The notes below the pieces were generated by a model. It saw only the letters and a list, made by a program, of their open reading frames with translations, ran no database searches and was not told the origin of the DNA. Shown in pieces: positions 9,529-22,281 of a stretch of DNA of 64,000 bases. Source of the DNA: an uncultured Acidimicrobiia bacterium (GTDB taxonomy: Bacteria; Actinomycetota; Acidimicrobiia; Acidimicrobiales; JACDCH01); contig CAWDIH010000002.1 of assembly GCA_963802415.1 (NCBI GenBank), positions 792,085 through 856,084 of the forward strand. Reading direction: 5' to 3'. Both the position numbers and the translations under genes were made by a program. Position 1 is the stretch's first letter, and every line of letters starts with the position of its first letter.

Positions 9529-9552
9529 CTCTGCTCGGTGTACCGAGCAGAG
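9529..9552 (+). terminator. perfect 10-bp stem hairpin directly after the stop codon
   Basis: ctctgctcgg-tgta-ccgagcagag starts 1 nt after TAG 9526-9528. No T-tract. Its right arm overlaps the start of repeat R1b. Confidence 0.4.
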
Positions 9553-9631
9553 GCCGACCGAGCGAGCGCTAGCGAGCCGGGCGGCGATGGGGCAGGCGCC
9601 GCAGGCGCCGAGGGGGCGCAGCCCCCAGCTA
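9549..9631 (+). repeat. Interspersed GC-rich repeat, family R1, copy b (83 bp)
   Basis: Near-identical to 3071..3152. It sits in a convergent intergenic gap between the 8803..9528 gene and the LLM oxidoreductase. Confidence 0.8.
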
Positions 9632-9653
9632 GGACGGTCGGAGCGCGGCGCAA

Positions 9654-10517
9654 TCAGAACTTCGCGATGACCTCGTCCGCGAACCGGCGGATCCCGTCGA
9701 CGCGTTGCTGCGCGTCGGACTTGAAGCCCGTGTAGAACACCCACGGCCACGTGAGCAGCACGTCGACGCCGACCTCTTCGAGTCGTCTGTACCCGTCGAG
9801 GTCGGCCGCATCGTTGGCCGAGCCCACGATCGTGAAGGGTCGGTCGGACGCTCCTAGTTCCTCGCGGTAGCGACGCAACGTCGCGCACGCCTCGGCCAGG
9901 TCGGCGGTCGACTGGAGGTCGGAGATCCATCCGTCGTTGCGGGCGGCGCGACGCAGCGCGGCCTCGGACAGTCCGCCGACGAGGATCGGCACCGGCGCCG
10001 TCGGCGCGGGGTTCATCTCCAGCTTGTCGAAGTCATAGAACTCGCCGTGGTGCTCGACCCATCCGCCGGACCACAGCGTCCGAACGACCTGGAGCATCTC
10101 GTCGCAGCGCTTCCCCCGGCGTGCGAACGGCTGCTCCATCATCTCGAACTCTTCCTCCATCCACCCCATGCCGATGCCGAGCGACACGCGGTTCTGCGAC
10201 ATGAAGGCGAGCGTTCCCCACGTCTTGGCGACGGCGAACGGACTGCGCAGAGGCATGACGTACACGTTCGTGAAGAAGTTGAGCTGCTCGGTGACAGCTG
10301 CCATTGATGCGATGGCCACCGTCGGATCCGGCCACGGCGTGAACGGCTCCCACCGTCGATCGCCCGTGTCGGTGTACGGGTACTTCGAGCGCGTCACCTG
10401 GGGGTTCGCGATGTGCTCGGAACACGCGCACGCCCACCACCCGCTCTCGTCCGCAGCTCTCGCCATGGGCAGGTACGACTCGGGGTCCATCCATGTGGCG
10501 GCGTACACGAACCTCAC
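9654..10517 (-). CDS. LLM-class flavin/F420-dependent oxidoreductase
   Basis: VRFVYAATWMDPESYLPMARAADESGW...LGIGMGWMEEEFE...ILVGGLSEAALRRAARNDGW is luciferase-like monooxygenase-fold sequence. GTG 10517 overlaps the SDR stop (GTGA). Confidence 0.8.
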   Translation of the reverse strand: MRFVYAATWMDPESYLPMARAADESGWWACACSEHIANPQVTRSKYPYTDTGDRRWEPFTPWPDPTVAIASMAAVTEQLNFFTNVYVMPLRSPFAVAKTWGTLAFMSQNRVSLGIGMGWMEEEFEMMEQPFARRGKRCDEMLQVVRTLWSGGWVEHHGEFYDFDKLEMNPAPTAPVPILVGGLSEAALRRAARNDGWISDLQSTADLAEACATLRRYREELGASDRPFTIVGSANDAADLDGYRRLEEVGVDVLLTWPWVFYTGFKSDAQQRVDGIRRFADEVIAKF

Positions 10518-11281
10518 GACAGCGTGGCCCCGTCGACACGTACATGCTCGCCGTTCACGTGGGCTGCATCGTCGGACGCGAGGAACGCGATCGCTGCCGC
10601 GACCGTCTCGGGCCCTCGTGGCCGGTCCAGCGCCATCATCCGGCGCACGAGCTTCGTGTTCACGCCTTCGGGGAAGACGAAGTCCTGCGTGATCGGCGTG
10701 TCGATCGACCCGGGGCAGACCGCGTTGCAGCGCAGACCTTGCTGTCCGTACTCGACGGCGATCGTGCGGGTCAGCGCGAGGACGCCGCCCTTGGACGCCG
10801 AGTACGCGGCTGCCCACGGATGTCCGGCCAGCGCGGACGTAGACGAGACGTTCACGATGTTGCCGCCGCTGTCGACCAACGCAGGAATCGCGGCGCGGCA
10901 GCACAGGAACGTTCCGGTGAGGTTGACCGACAGCACGCGGTCCCAGTCGTCGAGTGACGCCGTGTGCGTGATACCGGTGCGGAGGATGCCGGCGACGTTC
11001 GCGAGCACGTCGAGCCGGCTGTGTCGATCGACGATCTCTTCCATGATCGACGGCGCGAAATCGCGATCCGTCACATCGCCGACCCACGAGGTGACAGTCG
11101 GTGTGAGGCCGCTGGCGCCGGCCGCCTTGGATGCCAGCTCGGTCGTGGTCGCGAGCCCCGCCGCGTCGACGTCGACGGCGACCACCGTGGCGCCCTCGGC
11201 GGCGAGTCGCACGGCCGTCGCCTGGCCGATGCCGGACGCTCCGCCGGTCACGACGGCGATCCGTCCATCGAAGCGCAGCAC
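10514..11281 (-). CDS. SDR-family oxidoreductase
   Basis: Intact 255 aa. Has TGGASGIG (cofactor motif), NVSS...YSASKGG (catalytic YxxxK) and PGSIDTP. Confidence 0.85.
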   Translation of the reverse strand: MLRFDGRIAVVTGGASGIGQATAVRLAAEGATVVAVDVDAAGLATTTELASKAAGASGLTPTVTSWVGDVTDRDFAPSIMEEIVDRHSRLDVLANVAGILRTGITHTASLDDWDRVLSVNLTGTFLCCRAAIPALVDSGGNIVNVSSTSALAGHPWAAAYSASKGGVLALTRTIAVEYGQQGLRCNAVCPGSIDTPITQDFVFPEGVNTKLVRRMMALDRPRGPETVAAAIAFLASDDAAHVNGEHVRVDGATLS

Positions 11282-11288
11282 GGACGTG

Positions 11289-11306
11289 AGACTAGAACGT
11301 GTTCTC
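11289..11306 (-). promoter_or_regulatory. candidate leaderless promoter -10 (TAGTCT) overlapped by a KstR-like palindrome TAGAACGTGTTCT
   Basis: On the minus strand TAGTCT ends 7 nt upstream of GTG 11281, and no SD sequence is visible. The palindrome 11293..11305 fits TnnAACnnGTTnn(A) except for the last base. Confidence 0.35.
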
Positions 11307-11384
11307 GTTTCGGGCGAACGCCGGACTCGTGCCCTCGCGGCTCGTGGACGTTCCCAACCGGCTTTTCACATCCGACGCGCCGGA

Positions 11385-13922
11385 TCAGGCCCAGGCGATG
11401 CGGCCGAGCTCGACGGGGGACGTGAGCAAGGGGTGTGCGGGCACGACGCGCACCGTGAAGCCGTAGCGGCCGGCCTGTTCACACGCAAACCTGCCCCGGT
11501 AGCGGCGGTTGCTACCTGACCTGCGGCCGGCAGGCTCCATCGTGACCACGATCGGCTGCTCGAGCTCGTCCGCTTGCAGCACGAGTCCGTGGAGCAACTG
11601 CACGTCGACGTCGGACGCGTCGAGCGTGCCGAGTGAGACCTCGGCGTCCACGACCCGATCGGCGCCCAAGCTGGCGACATCGACATCGGTCTCGACCGAC
11701 AGCACCTCGACGCCGTCCCACGCCGCGACCACCCGGGTCTTCCAGGCGGCGAGCTCCTGAGCGGGACGGAACCCGTCGCCCGACAGCCGGTCGGTCTGGG
11801 CCGCAGTCGGCTCGTACAACTCCTCGACGTAGTCACGCACCATGCGGGCCGCGGTGACCTCCGGACCCAGCGATCGCAACGAGCTTTTGATCCTGCGCAC
11901 CCACCGGCGGGGGACCGGGCCTTCCCACCGCCCGTAGAACAACGGGACGATCTGTCGCTCGAGCAGTTCGAACAGCGAGTTCGCTTCCACTTCGTCACGT
12001 CGCTCGGGATCGTCGATCTGCTCAGCTGACGAGACAGCCCAACCGTTCTCGCCGTTGAACAGCTCGTTCCACCATCCGTCCAGGATCGAGCAGTTGAGTC
12101 CGCCGTTCAACGCCGCCTTCATGCCGGACGTCCCGCATGCCTCCTGCGGCCGGCGCGGATTGTTCAACCACACATCGGCCCCCTGGTACAGGGTACGAGC
12201 GACCGAGATGTCGTAGTCCTCGAGGAACACGAGCCGGTGTCGGATGCCGAGGTCGCCGGCGAACGTCACGATCTGCCGGATCATCTCTTTGCCCGTCTCG
12301 TCGGCCGGGTGCGCCTTGCCCGCGAACACGAACTGCACGGGTCGGTCGCCCGCCAGCAACATCGCCGTCAGTCGTTCGGGCTGCGACAACAGCAGCGTGG
12401 CTCGCTTGTAGCTTGCGAACCTGCGGGCGAAGCAGATGGTGAGCGCTTTGCCGTCGAGCACCTCGTCACACCAGACGACGTCGGATGGTGACATGCCTCG
12501 TGCCAGTGTCGACTCCCGCAGCCGGCGACGGATGAACGCGACAAGCTGCTCGCGACCCTGCTCCTTGGCGCGCCACACCTCGTCGTCACGCGCTTCGTCG
12601 ATGCGGTCCCAGTGCTCCGATCCGGCGGTCGCCCACTCCGGCAGCACGTAGCGCGACAGCAGATCGTTCATCTCTGTCGAGACCCACGTCAAAGCATGGA
12701 CGCCGTTGGTGACCGACGTGATCGGTGTTTCGTCCTCCGGGACGTCGGGCCACAGATCGGCGAACATCTCGCGGCTCACGTCGCGATGCAATTGCGAGAC
12801 CGCGTTCGAACGTCCCGCGAGTCGCAGTCCCATCACCGCCATGTTGAAGCGCTCGTCCGGTGTATCGCCCGGCCGGTGACCGAGGGCCATGAGGTCGTCG
12901 ATCGACACGCCGCATTCCTTTGCCCAGGCGCTGAAATACTTGTCGACGAGCTCGCGGGGAAACCGGTCGATGCCGGCGGGCACCGGCGTGTGCGTCGTGA
13001 ACATGTTGCCGGCGCGCACGGCTTCGATGGCCTGGGCGTAGGTGAGACCTTCGTCCACGATCGCCTGCCGGATGCGCTCCAGACCGAGGAACCCGGCGTG
13101 GCCTTCGTTCGTGTGGAACACCTGCGTCTCGACACCGACGGCCTGCAACGCGCGAACGCCACCGACGCCGAGAAGGATCTCCTGGCGCAAACGGTGCTCG
13201 ACGTCTCCGCCGTACAGCCGGTCGGTGACCTGACGCAGGTCGTCGGAGTTCTCCTCCACGTCGGCGTCGAGCAGGAAGAGCGGCACGCGGCCGACATCCG
13301 CCCGCCACACCGCGGCGCTCAACGGCCGACCGGCGATGTCGACTTCGACACGCACACCGTCGACCGACGTCAGTGCCATCGCGTACGGGTCGAGGTCGGG
13401 ATATCGCTCTTGCTGCCATCCGTCGATCGACAGTTCCTGGCGGAAGTAACCATGGCGGTAGAACAGGCCGACCCCCACGAGCGGGACACCCAGATCGGAT
13501 GCCGCCTTCAGGTGGTCGCCGGCGAGCACTCCGAGACCGCCGGAGTACTGCGGAAGCGCTTCCGCGATGCCGAACTCCGGCGAGAAGTACGCGACCGAGC
13601 GCAGCGCAGGAGCCCCGTCGATGTCCTGGAACCAACGGGGCTTGGACAAGTAGCCGGAAAGCTCCGTGTGCATCTCGTCGAGGAACCGCATGAAACCCTG
13701 ATCGTTCGAGAGATTCTCCAGACGGTCGCGCGACACGACGCCGAGCAGTCGCACCGGGTCGTGGATGCTGGCGTCCCATTGCTCGGGATCGACCCACCGG
13801 AACAGATCGCGTGTGTGATCGTCCCACGACCAACGCAGGTTCATCGCGAGTGCCTCGAGCGCGCTCAGCTCCGCGGGGAGGCTGGGCCGAACGGTGAAGC
13901 TACGCAGCGCCTTCATCGGCAC
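11385..13922 (-). CDS. glgP: alpha-glucan (glycogen/maltodextrin) phosphorylase, GlgP
   Basis: Intact 845 aa. SPEFGI...LPQYSGGLGVLAGDHLKAASDLG...FARRFASYKR...GTSGMKAALNG matches the alpha-glucan family phosphorylase, including the PLP-Lys region. Confidence 0.9.
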   Translation of the reverse strand: MPMKALRSFTVRPSLPAELSALEALAMNLRWSWDDHTRDLFRWVDPEQWDASIHDPVRLLGVVSRDRLENLSNDQGFMRFLDEMHTELSGYLSKPRWFQDIDGAPALRSVAYFSPEFGIAEALPQYSGGLGVLAGDHLKAASDLGVPLVGVGLFYRHGYFRQELSIDGWQQERYPDLDPYAMALTSVDGVRVEVDIAGRPLSAAVWRADVGRVPLFLLDADVEENSDDLRQVTDRLYGGDVEHRLRQEILLGVGGVRALQAVGVETQVFHTNEGHAGFLGLERIRQAIVDEGLTYAQAIEAVRAGNMFTTHTPVPAGIDRFPRELVDKYFSAWAKECGVSIDDLMALGHRPGDTPDERFNMAVMGLRLAGRSNAVSQLHRDVSREMFADLWPDVPEDETPITSVTNGVHALTWVSTEMNDLLSRYVLPEWATAGSEHWDRIDEARDDEVWRAKEQGREQLVAFIRRRLRESTLARGMSPSDVVWCDEVLDGKALTICFARRFASYKRATLLLSQPERLTAMLLAGDRPVQFVFAGKAHPADETGKEMIRQIVTFAGDLGIRHRLVFLEDYDISVARTLYQGADVWLNNPRRPQEACGTSGMKAALNGGLNCSILDGWWNELFNGENGWAVSSAEQIDDPERRDEVEANSLFELLERQIVPLFYGRWEGPVPRRWVRRIKSSLRSLGPEVTAARMVRDYVEELYEPTAAQTDRLSGDGFRPAQELAAWKTRVVAAWDGVEVLSVETDVDVASLGADRVVDAEVSLGTLDASDVDVQLLHGLVLQADELEQPIVVTMEPAGRRSGSNRRYRGRFACEQAGRYGFTVRVVPAHPLLTSPVELGRIAWA

Positions 13923-13978
13923 GGACGTTAGACCGCAGTCTCCACACGTGAGTCGAGTGCTCAGTACCGTGTTGCGCC

Positions 13979-15062
13979 ATGACGAGCGAGGTCAGGGGTG
14001 TTGTTGCGAAGAAGAAGGGGGAGCCGGTCTCGCTGGAGACGGTGGTGGTGCCGGACCCGGGTCCCGGGGAAGCCGTCGTTCACGTGCAGGCATGCGGCGT
14101 CTGCCACACCGACCTCCACTATCGCGATGGCGCGATCAACGACGAGTTCCCGTTCCTACTCGGCCATGAAGCCGCCGGCGTGGTGGAGGCGGTCGGTGAC
14201 GGCGTCGTCGGTGTCGAGCCCGGCGACTTCGTGATTCTGAACTGGCGGGCGGTGTGCGGTGAATGCCGCGCGTGCCGGCGTGGACGCCCCTGGTATTGCT
14301 TCGCCACGCACAACGCCACGCAGACGATGACGCTGAAGGACGGCACCGAGCTGTCGCCCGCACTCGGCATCGGTGCGTTCGCTGAAAAGACCCTGGTGGC
14401 GGCGGGACAGTGCACGAAAGTGAATGCCGCGGCGTCGCCGGCGGCGGCGGGGCTGCTCGGTTGCGGCGTGATGGCGGGACTGGGCGCAGCGGTCTTCACC
14501 GGCGACGTGGGCCAAGGCGACTCGGTGGCAGTGTTCGGTTGCGGCGGTGTCGGGTGCGCGGCGATCGCGGGCGCACGACTCGCAGGAGCTTCGCGAATCG
14601 TCGGCGTCGACCTCGTCGCCCGCAAGCTCGAGCTCGCGAGACAGTTCGGCGCGACGGACGTCGTCGACGCCAGTACGGCCGACCCAGTCGAGGTGATCCG
14701 CGCGCTGACCGACGGCAACGGCGCCGACGTGTGCATCGAGGCCGTCGGCCATCCCAAGGTGTTCGAGCAGGCGTTCTACCCGCGACCTCGCAGGGACCGT
14801 GGTGCAGGTCGGCGTGCCCGACCCGCAGATGCGGATCGACATCCCCATGATCGACTTCTTCGGCCGCGGTGGCGGTCTCAAGCCGAGTTGGTATGGCGAC
14901 TGCCTCCCGAGCCGGGACTTCCCGATGCTGATCGACCTCTACCTGCAGGGCCGGCTCGACCTCGACCGGTTCGTGTCCGAGACCATCGCCATCGACCAGG
15001 TCGAGGACGCGTTCCACCGCATGGAGCGCGGTGAGGTCCTTCGCTCCGTGGTCGTGATGTGA
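13979..15062 (+). pseudogene. class III Zn alcohol dehydrogenase / S-(hydroxymethyl)mycothiol dehydrogenase-like, one frameshift ~14780
   Basis: [33 protein letters not shown]...[19 protein letters not shown]...[11 protein letters not shown]. After FEQAFY the sequence continues as [13 protein letters not shown]...[11 protein letters not shown] in the frame of ORF 14799..15062; one base is apparently missing in ttctac(g)cccgc. Confidence 0.85.
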
Positions 15063-15075
15063 GACGTGTTCACAT

Positions 15076-15107
15076 GCCGGCCCGGGAAGCGCCAGCGTCG
15101 GGCCGGC
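15076..15107 (+). terminator. GC-rich hairpin after the dehydrogenase gene (9-bp stem)
   Basis: gccggcccg-N14-cgggccggc. No T-tract. Confidence 0.3.
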
Positions 15108-15180
15108 CGTCATGCGGAGGCAGGAGCGAAGCGACGCCCGGAGCATGCGAAAGCTCTGCCCGCGTGGTACTCGTTAGCTC

Positions 15181-17115
15181 GTGCTCCCGCGATTGACGAT
15201 CGAGGACGTCCGCCCCAGCACGCCCGCCGGGCTGCCGGCGAAGGCCGTGGTGGGCGAGCGCGTGCCGGTCAGCGCGGCGATCTACCGCGACGGCCATGAC
15301 ATGCTGGCGGCTCGGGTGCGGTGGCGGCCGGCGGCGACCAAGGAGTGGCGCACGTCGCCGCTTCACGTGGTCGAGCCCGGCCTCGATCAATGGGCAGGCG
15401 ACCTCGTCGTCGACACGATCGGTGACCACGAGCTCCAGATCGAAGCATGGACCGATCGGTTCGCCACCTGGCGCCACGACGCCGAGATCAAAGCGTCGGT
15501 GGGTGACCCAGAGCTCGAGATCGTCTTGGAAGAAGGGGCGCGGCTGCTCGACCGGCTGGCGCGGCGGGTCGGCAAGCAGCTGCGATCGTCAGTCACGGCC
15601 GCGGCATCAGGGCTGCGCGATACGTCGTTGTCGTTGGACGAGCGACTGACTACCGGGCTCGACCAGCATGTGGCGAGCCTCGTGTCCGTGGTGCCGGACC
15701 CGGAGGACCTCACGCGCACCAGGTCGTCACCGTTGTGGGTCGACCGCCCTCGCGCTCGCGAGGGTGCGTGGTACGAGATGTTCCCCCGCAGCGAGGGTGG
15801 TCTGGACGCCGCGTCGAAGCGGCTGCCCGACATCGCGGCGATGGGCTTCGACGTCGTGTACCTGCCGCCCGTCAATCCGATCGGTCACACGTTCCGCAAG
15901 GGTCGCAACAACACGGTCGGCGCCGGTCCCGACGATCCCGGCAGCCCGTGGGCCATCGGCAGTGCTGACGGGGGGCACCTCGCCGTCGCTCCCGAGCTCG
16001 GCACCATCAACGACTTCGATTCGTTCGTCGACAGGGCGCATGCCAACGGACTCGAGGTGGCGCTCGACTATGCGCTGCAATGCTCGCCGGATCATCCATG
16101 GGTGCACGAGCATCCCGAGTGGTTCCACCATCGGGCCGATGGCTCGATCGCGTACGCCGAGAACCCGCCGAAGAAGTACCAGGACATCTATCCGATCAAC
16201 TTCTGGCCCGAGGACGACAGCAATCGCAAAGCGCTGTGGGAAGCGTGCAAAGAGATCTTCGACTACTGGATCGCGCACGGCGTGCTCATCTTCCGCGTCG
16301 ACAACCCGCACACGAAGCCGTTCGCGTTCTGGGACTGGGTGATCAACGCGGTGCGGAACGAGCATCCCGACGTCGTGTTCCTCGCCGAAGCGTTCACCCG
16401 GCCTCGGGTCATGTCGAAGCTCGCCGAGATCGGCTTCTCCCAGAGCTACACGTACTTCGCGTGGCGCGTGTCCAAGTGGGAGCTCGAGCAGTACCTGAAC
16501 GAGCTCGCGCACGGGCCGGCCGTCGACTGGTTCCGGCCGAACTTCTGGCCCAACACGCCGGACATCCTGTCGGGCCCGTTGCGGAACGGACCGCCCTCGG
16601 CGTTCCGCATGCGGCTGCTCCTCGCCGCCACCATGGCCCCGAGCTACGGCATCTACTCGGGGTACGAGCTCTGCGAGAACGAGCCGGCGTCGGACGCCAA
16701 CGAGGAGTACCTGTACTCGGAGAAGTACGAGATCAAGGCCCGCGACTGGGGCAGTCAGGACTCGCTTGCGCCGTTCATCGCAACGGTCAACGACATCCGC
16801 CACCGGCATGCCGCGTTCGCCGAGCTTCGCACGTTCGCCTTCCACCACATCGACAGCGACGATCTCATCGCCTACTCGAAACGATCCGGCGACGGCAGTG
16901 ATGTCATTCTGTGCGTGGTGAATCTCGACCCGAACGGATGGCACGAGGCGACGCTGTTCCTGAACCTCGGTGCTATCGGGATCGAGCCCGGTTCGTCGTT
17001 CGAGGTCTACGACGAGATGACCAGCTCGTCCTACACGTGGACCGGCGACGGCCAGTACATCCGTCTCGACCCCGCGACCGTCCCCGGCCACATCTTCCAC
17101 ATCCGTCCACACTGA
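15181..17115 (+). CDS. glgE: alpha-1,4-glucan:maltose-1-phosphate maltosyltransferase GlgE
   Basis: Intact 644 aa. N-terminal IEDVRPSTPAGLPAKAVVGERVPVSA..., FRVDNPHTKPF and FLAEAFTRP are GlgE hallmarks. Confidence 0.9.
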   Translation: MLPRLTIEDVRPSTPAGLPAKAVVGERVPVSAAIYRDGHDMLAARVRWRPAATKEWRTSPLHVVEPGLDQWAGDLVVDTIGDHELQIEAWTDRFATWRHDAEIKASVGDPELEIVLEEGARLLDRLARRVGKQLRSSVTAAASGLRDTSLSLDERLTTGLDQHVASLVSVVPDPEDLTRTRSSPLWVDRPRAREGAWYEMFPRSEGGLDAASKRLPDIAAMGFDVVYLPPVNPIGHTFRKGRNNTVGAGPDDPGSPWAIGSADGGHLAVAPELGTINDFDSFVDRAHANGLEVALDYALQCSPDHPWVHEHPEWFHHRADGSIAYAENPPKKYQDIYPINFWPEDDSNRKALWEACKEIFDYWIAHGVLIFRVDNPHTKPFAFWDWVINAVRNEHPDVVFLAEAFTRPRVMSKLAEIGFSQSYTYFAWRVSKWELEQYLNELAHGPAVDWFRPNFWPNTPDILSGPLRNGPPSAFRMRLLLAATMAPSYGIYSGYELCENEPASDANEEYLYSEKYEIKARDWGSQDSLAPFIATVNDIRHRHAAFAELRTFAFHHIDSDDLIAYSKRSGDGSDVILCVVNLDPNGWHEATLFLNLGAIGIEPGSSFEVYDEMTSSSYTWTGDGQYIRLDPATVPGHIFHIRPH

Positions 17116-18782
17116 TGGCGCGGCCGATCGATTGGGGCGACAGTCGGTGGTATCAGCGAGCCGTCTTTTACGAGGTCTCGGTGCGCGGGTTCGCGGACTC
17201 GAACGTCGACGGCACCGGCGACCTCCGAGGACTGACCGACAAGCTCGAGTACCTCGAATGGCTGGGCGTCGACTGCCTCTGGCTGTTGCCCTTCTACCAG
17301 TCGCCGCTGCGCGACGGCGGCTACGACATCAGTGACTTCTTCTCGGTGTTGCCCGCGTACGGCGACGTGAAGGACGCTGCGCAGTTGATCGAGGAAGCGC
17401 ACCAGCGGGGTATCCGCGTCGTGGCCGACTTGGTGATGAACCACACAAGCGACCAGCACCCGTGGTTCCAAGAGAGCCGGCAGTCTCGGGACAATCCGAA
17501 GGCGGACTGGTACGTGTGGAGCGACCACGACCAGCGCTGGCCCGAAGCGCGGGTCATCTTCGTCGACACCGAGCCGTCAAATTGGGCGTACGAACCGACG
17601 CGGGAGCAGTACTACTGGCACCGCTTCTTCCACCACCAGCCGGACCTCAACTTCGACAATCCCGAGGTTCAGGAGGCGATGCTCGACGTCGTGCGGTTCT
17701 GGCTCGACCTCGGCCTGGACGGCTACCGCCTCGACGCCGTGCCCTATCTCTTCGAGCGCGACGGCACCAACGGCGAGAACCTGCCGGAGACGCACGAGTA
17801 CCTCAAGCGCATCCGCCAGACCGTCGACGCCGAGTTTCCGGGACGGGTGCTGCTCGCCGAGGCGAACCAGTGGCCGACCGAGGTGGTGCAGTACTTCGGC
17901 GAGGGCGACGAGTGCCACATGTGCTTCCACTTCCCCCTCATGCCGCGCATGTTCATGTCGATCCGGCGCTCGCAGCGCTATCCGATCACGGAGGTCCTCG
18001 CGCAAACACCTGACATCCCCGATGTCTGCCAGTGGGGCATCTTCTTGCGCAATCACGACGAGCTCACGCTCGAAATGGTGACGGACGAAGAGCGCGACTA
18101 CATGTACTCGGAGTACGCGACCGATCCGTTGATGCGCCGCAACATCGGAATCTCGCGTCGATTGTTCCCGCTGCTCGAGAACGATCGCCGCATCGCCGAA
18201 CTGTTCCATGCGTTGCTGTTCTCGATGCCCGGCAGCCCGGTGCTGTACTACGGCGACGAGATCGGTATGGGCGACAACCTCTATCTCGGGGACCGAGACG
18301 GCGTGCGTACGCCCATGCAGTGGACGCCTGACCGCAACGCCGGGTTCAGCCGCGCCGACTTCGCGCAGCTGTATCTGCCCCCGCTCATGGATCCCGTCTA
18401 TGGCTACCAGGCCGTCAACGTCGAGGGCGAGACCCGCAATCCGTCGTCGTTCCTGCACTGGCTGCGCCGGATGATCGAGGTTCGCCGTGAGCACCCTGTC
18501 TTCGGCATCGGCACCTTTGACGTCCTCTCCGCCGAGAACCCGTCAGTGCTCGGCTACCTACGGCGGCTCGTCTTGGAGGACGGCCACGAGTCGATCGTCC
18601 TTTGCGTGAACAACGTCAGTCGCTTCGCGCAGCCCGTCGAGCTCATGCTGGCCGATCACGCCGGCAAGGTGCCCGTCGAGATGATCGGCCGCATCCCGTT
18701 CCCACCTATTGGTGAGCTGCCGTACTTCGTCACTCTTCCGCCGTACGGCTTCTACTGGTTCACCCTCCACGACGAGGGGTAG
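17115..18782 (+). CDS. treS: trehalose synthase / maltose alpha-D-glucosyltransferase TreS
   Basis: MARPIDWGDSRWYQRAVFYEVSVRGFADSN..., GYRLDAVPYL, LLAEANQWP and FLRNHDELTLE are GH13 TreS motifs. The ATG overlaps the glgE TGA (TGATG). Confidence 0.9.
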   Translation: MARPIDWGDSRWYQRAVFYEVSVRGFADSNVDGTGDLRGLTDKLEYLEWLGVDCLWLLPFYQSPLRDGGYDISDFFSVLPAYGDVKDAAQLIEEAHQRGIRVVADLVMNHTSDQHPWFQESRQSRDNPKADWYVWSDHDQRWPEARVIFVDTEPSNWAYEPTREQYYWHRFFHHQPDLNFDNPEVQEAMLDVVRFWLDLGLDGYRLDAVPYLFERDGTNGENLPETHEYLKRIRQTVDAEFPGRVLLAEANQWPTEVVQYFGEGDECHMCFHFPLMPRMFMSIRRSQRYPITEVLAQTPDIPDVCQWGIFLRNHDELTLEMVTDEERDYMYSEYATDPLMRRNIGISRRLFPLLENDRRIAELFHALLFSMPGSPVLYYGDEIGMGDNLYLGDRDGVRTPMQWTPDRNAGFSRADFAQLYLPPLMDPVYGYQAVNVEGETRNPSSFLHWLRRMIEVRREHPVFGIGTFDVLSAENPSVLGYLRRLVLEDGHESIVLCVNNVSRFAQPVELMLADHAGKVPVEMIGRIPFPPIGELPYFVTLPPYGFYWFTLHDEG

Positions 18783-18795
18783 GAAGAGGACACGG

Positions 18796-20118
18796 ATGAT
18801 CAGCCCTGACGACATCGTCTCGCTGTTGCCCGACTTCCTGCCTCGCCAGCGTTGGTACGGCGCGGCCGACCTCGAGCTCGACACCGTCACGCTCGTCGCG
18901 TTCGACGTCCTGCGGCCGGAGTGGCCCGTGCTCAGTTGGTTGCTCGTCGACGCCACCTTCGGCGACGGCTCGACAGCCACGTTCCAGGTGCCCGTCGGGG
19001 TCGCGTCCGCTCGAGCAGACAGAACGGTTCCTCGAGGGGAAAGGGCGATCGTTCCTCGGGGACATCGACACCGACAACGGCCCCGCGCTCGTCTACGACG
19101 CTCTCGTGGATCCGGACCTTGCGCTGGCGCTGATCCGCCACATCGCGCCCGACGAGCCCGTGTCGCGCGTGCGTCCGCTCAACGTCGAGCAGTCGAACAC
19201 GTCGGTTGTCTACGACGAACGGCTCATCATGAAGCTGTTCCGCCGTGTCGCGGAGGGCCCGAACCCCGATGTCGAGATGACGGAGGCACTCGCGACCCAA
19301 GGATTCGAGCACATCAGTGCACCCGTCGCAGCGTGGCGTCGTGACGGCCACGATCTCGCGGTCGTCCGCGAGTTCCTCGACGGCGGCACCGTCGGCTGGT
19401 CGCTTGCACTGACCTCGCTACGCGACGTCTACGACAGCCGGGTCGACCCATCGGAGGCAGGCGGCAACTTCGCGCCAGAGGCGGGCCGCCTCGGGCGCAT
19501 CACTGCAGAGATGCATCTCGCACTGGCGAACGCGTTCGGCACCGAGGAAGGTGACCCGGAGACGTGGGCATTCACCATGCGCGAGAACCTCGCTCGGTCA
19601 CGGGCCCGCGCCCTCGACGCGCGAACCATCGACGTCATATACGGCGAGTTGCGGAACGTGAAGGATGCCGGACGATCGATGCGCATCCACGGCGACTACC
19701 ACCTCGGCCAGACGATGCGAACCGACAACGGCTGGTACATCCTGGATTTCGAAGGCGAGCCGGCAATCCCGCTGGCCGAGCGCCGCGCGCTGTCGTCGCC
19801 GCTGCGTGACGTCGCGGGGATGTTGCGCTCGTTCCACTACGCAGCCGAGGTCGCGCTCGTCGAGCGAGGCCCCGCTGCGGAAGAGGACGAGTTGCGCACG
19901 CTCGGCCGGCGCTGGGAACAGCACGTCGCGGAGGCCTTCTGCCTCCGGTACTTCAGCACGCCAGGGATCGACGACCTCACGCCATCGGTCGACGAGGATC
20001 GTCGCCGAGTGCTCGAGGCGTTCGTCCTGTCCAAGGCCGTGTACGAAGTGGGCTACGAGCTCGCGCACCGCCCGGACTGGGTCCACATCCCGCTCGAAGC
20101 GGTGAACAGGCTCACGTC

Positions 20119-20122
<4 letters not shown>
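18796..20122 (+). pseudogene. mak: maltokinase Mak/Pep2, one frameshift ~19000
   Basis: N-terminus LPDFLPRQRWYG...FQVPVGV in one frame. It continues as RPLEQTERFLEGKGRSFLGDIDTDNGPALVYDALVDP...NVEQSNTSVVY...RIHGDYHLGQ...ILDFEGEP (kinase core) in the next frame. RBS aggaagagga upstream. Confidence 0.85.
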
Positions 20123-22275
<2,153 letters not shown>

Positions 22276-22281
22276 TCCTCT

